Origin: Psammoneis japonica
Lineage: Eukaryota
DNA length: 64,000 nucleotides
Reading direction: 5' to 3'
NCBI GenBank assembly: GCA_008632985.1
Contig: QPGO01000092.1
Span: 62,001-126,000, forward strand
Part shown: positions 23,740-35,047 of the stretch, piece by piece
How the letters are laid out: the number at the start of each line of letters is the position of its first letter
How positions within the stretch are numbered: the stretch's first letter is position 1
The notes under the pieces: generated by a model
Seen by the model: only the letters and a program-made list of their open reading frames with translations
Told to the model about the DNA's origin: nothing
The model's database searches: none
Position numbers and translations under genes: made by a program

Positions 23740-26278
23740 CTAGCAGTTGTAGTAGTTCCATGGCCGTGGGCTCAACAAACGCACGCGTCCTTGTTTTGTT
23801 CCATAAACGAAACCGTAGCCAGAGTCCGGATGAAACCGGGCAATGTTGACATCGTCATCTCCACTCAGCATGGTGGAAACACGTGTCATGCCCCCACGAA
23901 CTCGGTACAAAGCCGTCACGGGGTGAAAGTGGTTGTCGTCGCCATCCACCTGTGGTTCTCGTACTCCGTACCGAGCAAGCAAAACTCGGCAGATGGAGAA
24001 AATTTAACGCACGTGACACCAGAGGCTTTGGCCCCGTCGAGTGGAGCGGCTTCCAATAACTGACCGAGTCTGGGACGGTGTCCCTTGGCGACGGACGACA
24101 TTTGTCCTCGTCCTTGCACAGGACCGCCATTGGCCGGAGATGATATCGGTGCAGTGTCCAAGCTCACTGTAACGACATGTGGCACATATCGACCTCTTTG
24201 TGCGGCAACGTCGGTATGATCACCTGAAACCACGGACAAGGGATGCGGTTTTATCGCAGGGAGCTGTAATTGATGGCGTGGACCAGGAGGTGGTGGCGGG
24301 ATGGATGACATGGCTCCGGTAGCCGCTCGAAACGAACTGGATGAGCCACCCAAACCTTGCAAACCGCTACTTCCACCAACGGGTGCGTGTCGTTGCCCCA
24401 AACCTCCAACCCATCTTCGACCTGGTGGCGATGGCGGCGACAAGAGAGGCTGACTTCTACCACTGGGATTCGGGGGTGTAATGGGAAAGCTCGGTGGCGG
24501 CGGAATGGCATTTGGTGCGGGGTTCTGTTGTCGCGGAGGCGATGAAAATGCATTGTCGCTTGGCGTTGACTCTCCTCCATCTCGGGATGGAGATGAGACA
24601 TCATTATTGGTTTCGACTTTGAGTTCCTCACTTGATCCAGAAGCATTAATTCCCCCTTCAATAGTCATTTCGACATTGTCGTCATTCTTTTCTTCTGCAT
24701 CTTCCTCATCTGAATCACCATGGTCGTATTCATCCTCTTTTCTCAAGAGCTCCATTGCGCTGTTCACTCCTTCGGGTAGCCAGTATTCAGCACACGCACA
24801 CAATACTTTTCCGTCCGGGGATACATCAAAGCCACCGTCATTGTACAGGAGGGCACGAGGAACAAATGTTCGAGGCTAAAACCAAGAAAACAATGGAAAA
24901 GGTGAGCCAAACACAACAGTTTCAAAAAAGAGGCCAGCATATAACACCATACTAGAAGAAAAACGTACATGAGTCAGTATTTTTCGTTGCACAATCGGTC
25001 GGTTTCCCGAAACATTGCCATTTTCTCCATTGTTGGGAAAGGGATGCAACGCTGCAAAGAGTGAAAAATCCCACAATCTCAAATAAAAGCTCATTCCACC
25101 CCTTGACATGCCACCCAACCCGGGTCCAATCCGCCTCGGATCGTCCGTGGGCGGGTTCATGCCTCCGACAATCACCGTGTCTCCACCGGGTGGAAAATGC
25201 ACACACCGCAGCATGTGTTGCTGTTCCACTTCGGTCAAAACGCCACGGGACGTGCGAGTCAATTTACCATCCTCCCCCTTTCGTGTCAGACCGCCCTTGT
25301 TGTTGTAATCCCAAAAATGCAAATGTGATCCCGACGCAATGGCCAAAACGTGACCCGACGGATGAAAGCTGAGACTGATAATGGCGTGAGACAGCCGCAT
25401 CATGTGAAGACAATTCTTGTCCGTCCAATTCCATACGCGTACTTGAAACCCAAACAGCCACTGGCGAGAATGTTGGGATCCGTCGGATGGTACTTGACGG
25501 TCCACGGAGTACGTGGATGTCCCTCGAGGGTTTCCAACAGTGTACCCGTGGAACAGCAGGTAATCTTAACGGTGTGATCCCCATGAGTGGACGCCATGGT
25601 TTGAGAGTCGGGTGAAAAGGCAATCGAAATTGTGGATATGGCTGGAGAGGAACGTTGTGTGTCGTTTTGTGCGTCGTTATTATTGTCGTCCGCTTGTTGT
25701 TGCTGTTGTTGTTGTTGACTCTGTCGGCCACCTAAATGATGAAGATATGAAGACTTGTATTTCACAACGCTGTAATACTCTGCAAAGGTTCGAATTTCTC
25801 GACATGTTCTTGTCGCATAAATTTCACCACGTTTTGTTTGAGGACTGTCCTTGTCGGTTGACATGTCGTCGTCGTCGTTGTTGTTAAGGGTGTCTGTTTC
25901 TGCATCTGAAACATTCCGCGAAAGTACTTGTCGAATCACGCGTGCTCTTGCTCCAAGACGTTCTCGATCCATCAACGATAAAATCACGTTACAACCAGTA
26001 TCACCCATACCCCCGTGCTCATGTATTCTTCGTTGTTGTAAGCTTTCTTGTTCAATTGTTGTTCGAAAAGCACTGCGTTCCTCCATGACTGTTTCAGACG
26101 GCTCTTGTGGCAATGACGCTGTTGCTGATGAGTGTTGCCATGCGTGATGACTATCATTTCGAAGGAGAGATGCATACGATGTAGTACCAATCATTCTAGA
26201 CCAATCGATATTGTGTACAGTGTCTCGATTGTTTCCATCCATCTTGCCGTCGTTTTCATCTCTGCCATTGTCGGTCAT
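23740..26278 (-). CDS. AMBRA1-like WD40 repeat protein
   Basis: STISIAFSPD..TMASTHGDHTVKI...LEGHPRTPWTVKYHP..PNILASGCL and C-terminal DVNIARFHP..G.G.VYGTKQG match the AMBRA1 family. One intron at ~24.85-24.97 kb and one-base frameshifts near 25447 and 23971. Confidence 0.8.
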
Positions 26279-26619
26279 AACCCGCCGCCGAGAGAAGTTG
26301 TGTGATGGCGGCGAAAGGCGAAAGCAGAGACAGACACGCCGCAGATTTTATTCAAGTAATCAATAATGAATACAATTGAATAGTTCATGCGAACCACCTG
26401 ATGATTATAATATTAATACTTGAATACTTTTATGATTATTCAAAACTATGACTATGAATAACATTTATTTTAACAAATAACGTCCCACAAAACTATTTCA
26501 CTTAGGCTCGAAAGCTGTCGGTTTGGAGGCAAAAAATAAAAATATTTGACGCCTCGGTGTAATCCTAAACTCAAACAAAGTGTTCCCTGCACTACTAATA
26601 GAGCAGAGACGTGACACAT

Positions 26620-29600
26620 CTACTTGTCCGCTGCTGCCGGTTCTTGCAAGCGAACATCCTTGCTTTGCTGGTCCTTATCGCCTTGCGGAGGAGCGTCACG
26701 CAGCCTCTTGAAACTCTCGTCATAACTCTTGATCAAATCAGCCCGCGTCGGGCAAGCATCCAAACGCATGGACCGCTCCCTGTCTGTCTCGTACAAATTA
26801 ATGACACGGCGAGGGTGTTGATAAAAGTAGTACGTCATATCAAGCTTGCCAGACAAATCGTCACAAAACTTAGCAGTTCCGATTGGTTTTCAAGAATGGT
26901 TCCGGCATCCTGCCAAGATTTGCGGTGACGGAGCCTGAGACTGTACTCCATCAAGGCAATGTTATTGTCTATATTGTCGCAACGAAAAAACACAATCTGT
27001 TCCCAAATGCGGGGACGGGCCTCGACAAATTTGTCGAGTTTTTGGCGAAACATGTCCAACTGTTGTGGGGTTGTGGTCTCGAGGAACTGAAGGTTGAGAT
27101 TGACAAACGCGTTGGACGAGCGGTTGCAATTGATAATCCTCGACGATGCAATAGAGGCATTGTTGACAGTAGAGACTGGAAAAAAGACGAGAGTAGTGAT
27201 GAGACCATGATTTGGAAAAGAAAAAAAAAACAGAAAACAGTCATTGCGGAATGGCTTACGTTCATTCGTTGCAGCAAAGCGTAACGTTGTATAAAACAAG
27301 TTTATGTCTGGAGAGATGCAAAAAAAAAACAAGATGAATTGCCAGTAATAGAAAGACGATAGAAACATAAACACGGAACTCCTTATCGTACCTTCGACGA
27401 ACCACGAGTTAGAAACTCCTGGATTGGTGACGCTGTCGGCACCAGCAAGGATGATCCTATCCCCAAGGTCGTACGGACGTCGTGCCGCAATAAGAAGAAT
27501 GCCCTAGAGAGCGTGAAATAATAAGAAAGTTTGGTAAAACTTTGAAACAGAAAATTCATTCCATGATAACTGAACTTACTTCAATGTATTTCGAGGCTGA
27601 TGGACCAAATGCAAAGGCAAAAGTCACAAGCAGAGTCGACATTGAAACGAGAAGAGACCACGGGTTGATTTCAAGTATACCAAGTATCACAAGGGCCAGG
27701 AGAAAGTAGAAAACGCCTTCAAACATTTGTTCCAGTACCCGATCAATCACAGAAGCGTTGCCAACAGACGCACGAAAGTATCGCAGGCGCCTGTAGACAG
27801 AATCACATCCCTGCACAAAGGCAACGAGGGATACCTCGTTGAACAGGCCGGGGCGGAACAAACGCTTGATAGCACGGTATTTCGACTCGTCTTCGGCCCC
27901 TTCGGCGTCAAAGGCGAGAAGAGCTAGCGTATCAAAGCTAAGAACCTCAGATCCGGGCTGAAGAATCATTAACTTTCGATATGTTTTCTGCGCGGACTTG
28001 ATACACTGGTCTCGCGTGCTCGCTAAACCAAAAGCAGACGAGAACGGGTGTTGACCATCCTTTAACATTCCAGCACGCCGATCACTGAGTTAGGAAAGGG
28101 ATAAAAGCATCAGGAAATGTAACAGCAATCTTGAGACTTACCATGAAGGACAGTGCCTTGCGAAACTTCAAAGCGTCGGAGATGGACGCATCAGCCATCG
28201 ACTGTCATTGAAAACAACGGGATGTCAGAGACTATCCGGTTGCAATGAAATCAATAAAACGATTCCGAAACTCAAACTTACCTTGTCATTCTTGTCCGTG
28301 GGCTCTTCCCAACGGTCCAGCAAATGTTTCATCTTGCTAGTGCCCATCGTCACGCTTGACTTAGCTGAATCATGCCGAAATCGTGTCGAGGCCTCAACGT
28401 TTCCTTCATCGCTGTCTGAATCACTGTCAGAATCGCTACTTTCACTGCTGCTAGCGTCTTCGCCGTCATCATCGGTCAAACTTTCGTGATCGACTGGGAA
28501 AGAAGAGCTCTTCATCTCAAGGTCCAATGAAGAACTATCCCTGCGCACAGAAGATTTCGATTTCTTATCAAACTTTGAGACGCTGCCCCACTTTTTCGTG
28601 GCTTGCATAGCGCCTTGGCGTTTCTTTTTTGCCAAAGCTTCATTCAGGGAAGCCTTCTCCTTGTTGACCATTCCTGTAATGTTGCGAGCTTCAAGAGCGA
28701 GCTCTGCGACCTCTGTGATTATCACAATATCAGCGAGAATGCTTTCCAAACGAGACTTGTAGTTTGCTGTGAAAAGGGTGCTACCAGTGATGAGAAATGA
28801 AAGAGTCGAAATGAATTCATTCTCTAGAGAGAAACTTACCGACAGTCTTCTTTCCAAAATACATAGCCAAAGTCAGCCGCTTGATAGCAGTGGCCACTCC
28901 ACAAACTAGCATCGCAAAGAGCACACGGGTGTATAATGGATCATTAATTAGATCCCCGCCCTTGTTCGCATCACTGAAAAGCTCAAGGTTCGTGGAATAG
29001 AGCCAGTTCCTCTCATTTGGATGGTCTCCATGCAATAGGAACATATCCCACAATGCCCACGCCGAGAAAATAAATGGCCAGCCTTTCGAGTTGATGGCAA
29101 AAAGCGTAAAGAGAGGTCCAAGGACCCGCACAGTTAACCGGTTCCGTAGTGCCAACAAATCTATCAAAATGAATTGCGTCAAGATTGCTAGCTGCAAGGT
29201 CAGAGTCTGACGCGCGGCAAACACAAACCACCAAGACACGGTTGCTAGATCAAGGAACGGAAGGGATGGATTTCCCATATAATAGAAAAGCACATGAGCG
29301 CAAATCAAACATGGCACGCCAACCTTGGTAAACCACGAGAATACCAGAAAATTCCCGGTTTCCTTGAGCAACGTCACAGGGTGCAAAGCCTGAATCAAGC
29401 CCTGCCTTAAAGCCAATCGGCGCTTTGCTCTCCGCCAGTAGCGACGACAGTTTCGCTTGAACCGATACCACTTTCCAGCAGCTTGACGACGTACTTTGGA
29501 ACTTTTACCTCCTACCAATGGGAGATTCTCTTCGGCATAACCATTTAAAGAATCAGGCACGGAGGAATCGCCCGACAGAACGCTCTCGCCTCCATCGTCT

Positions 29601-30199
29601 TGCATAAAGTTCTGGTCCAACACCAACGCTACCTGCATAAGGCGGTTGGCATCCGTGTCGGCATGGGCGAATTCCGACTCACCAATCTCGATCTCTTGAC
29701 CACCAACATCATCAAATATGCCGCTGACTTCTGGTAAGACTTCTTCGTCCTCTTCCTCCTCGGTCGCGGGAACACTCGCGGCAGCTGTGGTTTCGAGCTC
29801 ACTTACGGTGGTAACACCCAACCTACCCTGAGCTTTCAACTCACCAACCCGTTTGACGAGACCCATAAAACGTCTTTGACCCTCGGATGATTCAGTCTTT
29901 GGAGTTTTGCTTGCGGTATGAAACACCTCTTCTTCCTGAAACGTAACGCGACTTAGCAGAGGCTGTTCTCCCATCTCGGACGCTTGCCAATCTGACGTAG
30001 AATTCAAGGAAGCCCGGCGTCTGCGATCCTCCAAGGCTCGAACGACGGCATCTTCTGCATCCGTATGCTTGGATGCACCGCCATTATCAGGCGGTGAGAC
30101 CCCGTAGTAGTCCATGGTTGACACCTTTGTTTTGTTCTTGATTCCGTCATTGTTCATTGTCCTTCGGTGAGCGCGCTGGGGTTGCGTGCGTGCGGCCAT
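26620..30199 (-). CDS. MscS-like mechanosensitive ion channel, multi-exon
   Basis: TM-rich N-terminal half. LLVSMSTLLVTFAFAFG, RRPYDLGDRI, TTLRFAATNE, NNASIASSRIINCNRS. Several GT-AG introns. Start codon uncertain (30199 or 30157). Confidence 0.85.
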
Positions 30200-30299
30200 C
30201 GGTACAAATTGCACGTTAATCGCACTGTATGTAGAATGCTACGTCTTGTACGTACCAGCGTTGCCCCGCAGTCGCGCATTGAGCATCAAAAAGCCGGTG

Positions 30300-31270
30300 A
30301 CGTCCAACGCCAACAACCTAATGACCTCTCGCAATGCTGAACAGGTGTTTTGATCAAGCCACTGTGAGTAGAACAAGCTGTGACAATGAAAGTTGGACAA
30401 AGGTGAAGCATGCTGTGACCAAGTCAATCTCATCGAGCATGACAAGAACCAACGTTTCCGCGACAATTCATCTCGACAAATCTGCCGCCGCATGTCGCAC
30501 GACAGCTTCCGTTGGGGGTTGGCATGCAAAAGTGTCTCCTTTTTGTTGTGGGGTGACTGCTGTTGCCTCTGGTGTGTTTGTGATCATCATGGGTGGAATG
30601 GCTTTCCTGTCCACAACAGCTTCTGCCAGCCGACAGCTTTAATTGGGTCATTTGGAAACCGAGTTGGTTGGATTGAAAATGGGTTTGTGGGTGGTTTGGA
30701 GATGGAGAGTTGGTTGGATTGAAAATGGAGCTGGTTTTTTTAGATGAAATTGGGTTTTTCGGATGTGCAAATCAAAAGCAAGCAGGCACCATCATCAGCA
30801 AAACTGGCAGACGAGAGACCACAAGTGGTGGGAAAAATCCAGCAAGTGGCGAGTGACACACAAAACAAGAACACTCAGATCTCAAAGGTGCAAGACGAGA
30901 TCTCAGAGAAGCTTGGTAAGAAAAATGACCTTGAAGAAATGATTGTGTCCAAAGGGGTGGCGCACCACACCTTGCCAATGTTTTGCTTGGTTGGTGTAGG
31001 ATGCACAGAGACAGCAATTTCTGGTTTACATTGGTGGGTCAAGGCCAAAGTGTCCAGGTGTGCAGGCCGGGCTGTGTGTTTTTGGATGGTGGCATGAATT
31101 GATTTTGATTCATTTGGCTGAAAAACATGCTGTTTGCTGTCTTGGGATGTGTGTCTTTGTGCAGAGTGATAGATGTGCCGTTGTGCAAAAGGGTGTGGTA
31201 GAACATTCCGGCAGTGTTGGTGCCACAGCACCGACAGGGACATTGTGACGCAATGGAAATATAAAAATTT
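30300..31270. mobile_element. Small TpA/CpG-depleted relic, probably a TE fragment
   Basis: Abrupt switch to TG/CA-rich composition between MscS and APC6. Internal repeat gagttggttggattgaaaatgg x2. No recognisable protein. Confidence 0.45.
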
Positions 31271-31507
31271 GTCGGGCAAGCACACCTCCCTGTGTCTCGG
31301 AATTCTTTAGTGATTTGTTGTAGCGTCACACCAGTTACGACGATAAACTTGATCGCAAATAAAACAGTATTCACAGGACGGATGCGAGTAATTTCAAATT
31401 CAGTGTCAATCACAACATTCTAGCTGCAAATCTGAATGGACGAAACAGAGCTGTCTTTTAAAAATTATTAAACAATCCAACCACATCCCATCTGTGCTGT
31501 ATTATTC

Positions 31508-31576
31508 TCACGTCATGCTCATGTCGACATCGCTACTGGCAAAGGACAAGTTATCATCCGACGATGCGGCTCGTTG

Positions 31577-31607
<31 letters not shown>

Positions 31608-34009
31608 TGGAGTTGTTGTCGACGGACGCTTTGTCTTGTCCTAGGCCGGTTGGGTGGTGGCGACACAAAGGACGGCTCCGGAGGAGTCGGCGATGATTCC
31701 GCAACGTCTGCCATTGTTTGGTCTTGAACCGACATGGACGACAAGGCTTCCTCCAAGGCGCGATTCAACATGTCCGAGCTGAATTGATCGTCCGGCTTTC
31801 GACTGAGGGCCTGGTGATACAACTCAATGGCGCCATCCAAATTGCCAGTCAAGTGTTTTGTGAATCCCAAAGCAGAATAAGTTGATGCGTTGCCCTGCAA
31901 GATATAGATGGAGAACGGTATGAGCGTTAGAGAAGTCAAATTATGAGTCAACGCCATGATCATTATCAATCCATTCAAACAATATACTGTACGTACTGGA
32001 CAAAGCGCCAAGCACTTTTCAAGACAATGCGTCGCTTCGGCAAAGTGCCGAGTCTTGCGATAGCATTGTCCTAGATTAAAGAGCGTCGGTTCCCAAAAGG
32101 CATCTTGAATCAAGTCGATACACTCGGCAGTCGTTTTGGCAAGGGCCACGTTGCCACGTTGTCCTTGTGGACCACGCGAAGAATTGCTTTCGACTAGAGT
32201 GCGGAGACACTTGTCAAAATATAGTATGGCGTCTGGGTATTCCTTTTTATTCCACGCCGCCACACCTAGCTCGTGAAAACACAACGGATCACCTCCACTC
32301 GATTCCAGCGCCGCCGTTAAAAAGTGGTTCGCCAACACCAAGTGATTGGTGCGCAAATACTCCATCCCCATGTACAACAAACTCGCGTGTTGTGCCGGTG
32401 AAAGTCGCTGAGCGGCGCGAAAACTCGCCAGAGCTTGATCCGATTCGTCGCAAGCGGCAAAGGCACAACCAAAGGCGATCCACGCATCCGACGATTTGGG
32501 ATCGAGACGTGTGGCACGACAAAAGTGTCGTTGTGCCACGTGATATCGACCACAGGCATAATAATACGCACCCACGGCAAACCAGGAGCGAGCCGACTTG
32601 GGGTTGGCTTCGACCCACTCGTGGGCAAGTCCAAACAAGAGCCGTTTCTTGTTCAAACCCACCAAGGTGGCCACGTGTACAAAGGAACAAGTTGGACAGA
32701 GCGGATCGACTTGAGCCAGCGCTTGACAATACTCGAGTGCCTCGTGTAAATTGTGTCGACGAAAACTTCGAATGGCGGCAAGACTCAACACTTCGGGCGA
32801 TTGATCCAATTTGTGCTCCGTCCACAACTTGTCAAAGGCCGAATCGACATCCATTGTCTCTTTCGTTTCTGTAGAAAAGTGTGGCTTGGCCGGTGGTTTG
32901 ACATCCCCGTTGTCATCGTCTTCGTCTTGCTTGTCTTGCCACATGCTTCCCAAAACATCCCCGTGATGTGGTGTCGCCACGTGTTCAATCGTAGAAGCGT
33001 CTTGTAATCCACCAAACAGACTCGTATTATTGTTACTGTTTGGTTCCTTGTTTTCCTTGGAGTGATCGTGTGGCAAATCCAATCTTGCTAAATAGACATG
33101 CAAGAGCCATTCCATACCGGGTTCCAACTTGAGTGTGGATAACAAATCGTGTGCTTCCACCGGCGTCACCACGGCACGTTCCAACATGCAATCCAGCGCT
33201 TCCACGCAGGTTGCATCAATGGCCAAGGCCCGTTTCCAATACAGAGCCGCACGAGTCGGATGACTCGTTTCGTCATAGGCACGTCCACGCCATAAACACA
33301 AGCGTGCGACGGGATGGATTCTAGCATCTGGTTGTTCCAGTGCTGGTACAGACGACACCAACGTCTTCCAACCACCCTCATCGTCATCGTCGAGGGGCTC
33401 CGTGGCTTGTTCCAATACCGCCAGACACTCGTCCCATTCTTGAATGGCCGCCAACGACTGTGCAGCTAGTAGAGTAGCTTCCAGATCCACCAGTAACAAT
33501 TCGGCTTTTTCCAAAAGAGACACACACCGCCGGTGTTCGCCATTCAACGCCAAGGCTTGTGCATACAACAGGGCATCACTCGGCAAGTGCGTTTTGCTGT
33601 AGAGAATGCTTCCATAAAACACCGCCATGTTGGGCGCCGGCGTGAGATTGGGACCACCCAGAGCGTCTTGGGCCAAGTGACGGAGTTTTGTCAAATTCAT
33701 GCCATCCAACAGCACAACAGCATCTTCCTGCTGTTGTTTGCGAGTACTACTAGTGTTCTTGGGCGGAGGAATGCCAGTTGCCAACACACCACCACCACCA
33801 CGTTCTTCAAAGAAGCGACGTCTGTTTTTCCCCGACGTTGGCGGAGATTGTCTCGTTGCTGCAGAAGTAAAAAAGGGAGACGTCAAGTCGGCTGCTTCGG
33901 CCGAGGTATCCGCCATGTTGTTGCTATTCATACTGCCCACCGACATGCGTGGACGGCTTCGACGACCCGTAAAGGGAGATCGACCGGATGGGCCTCCTGT
34001 TGACGACAT
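31508..34009 (-). CDS. CDC16: Anaphase-promoting complex subunit 6 (TPR protein)
   Basis: SWFAVGAYYY, AWIAFGCAFA..DESDQALASFRAA.RL, LYMGMEY, WEPTLFNLG..YRK, A..LYHQAL match APC6/Cut9. In-frame 102-bp intron at 31895-31996. PolyQ near the C-terminus. Confidence 0.9.
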
Positions 34010-34729
34010 TCTATATATAATACGTTTAGCGCGGATGGGTAGCTAAGCGAACAATCAACAAAAACTCAAAACACAACAACGACGACGGCACGTGATTGTT
34101 TCGTCGCATCATTTTTTGTGGAGCGTGTGTGCGAAAATGCAGTGCGGTACAAGGGCTCACGTAGATTATGGTATTGGTTGTACGTAAAATGTCGATAAAC
34201 GTCGTCCATCGCAGAAATTAGATCTCCGTCATTGGAGGTAAATCAATGATATATATGGTATTTTTCTTTGAATATAAATATATTTATAACTTTTATGTTT
34301 TCATGCCAAACTATTTGTTTCTGTATACTCAACATATTTTATTAACACTCGTGTCTGTGTCGCGTGTGTGTCCTCGATGTTGCTTGTGACAACCAACACC
34401 AGTTGTGGCATGGACAACAACTAACCGAAGAAGCATGTCAGCCATCAACGCCAATCCCAACAAGTCTAAAGTGGCTCATGTTGCAGCAGAAGTGCCTTCA
34501 GAGGACCCACCCACAGTGGAGGTGTTCAAAGCAAACAGCAGCAACGTGGAACTTCTTTCTTTGAAGCACTCGGCAAAGGCAGGGACATGCAGAAACGTCT
34601 GCTGCTGTGCCCTGCACATGCCAGTTTGTTCAGAAAGACTGTGTGTTGAATGAAATGCACACATGTCTTGTGCAGCATTGGGATGAGGCAGCAACACTGG
34701 TCACATCTAACCTTCAAGCACAAAGATGT

Positions 34730-35047
34730 TGTCAGCCTGTCTGCCGTGCGATGGACAGACTGGTGGGTCATTTGGCCACAAATGAATTGACGTGCTCGCG
34801 CTTGCACATGTTTGTGCAGACTGAGGTCTGGTTGTCAGTGGGTGCAAGGATTCATTGATTTGGGCCCCTGATGTGTGCACTGGACAGACTGTGCACGGAT
34901 CATGATGACCAGACCTTTTAAGAGGGCCAAGCAGATCCCTCTGAGATCTGTCTCTCACTCTCTTCTGCCAGCACTTGTGTTGTCACAGTCCCAGTGCTTG
35001 GGGAGTCTTTCACACCTCTGTCATCATTGACCTCAGGCATTCTGTCA
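34730..35047 (+). repeat. 5' LTR
   Basis: Aligns with 41804-41981 but has an extra 129 bp between two tggacagactg repeats (34752, 34881). Confidence 0.85.

Noticed and set aside
32167..34046. Antisense ORFs over CDC16 and other genes
   Set aside because: Shadow frames with no recognisable motifs.
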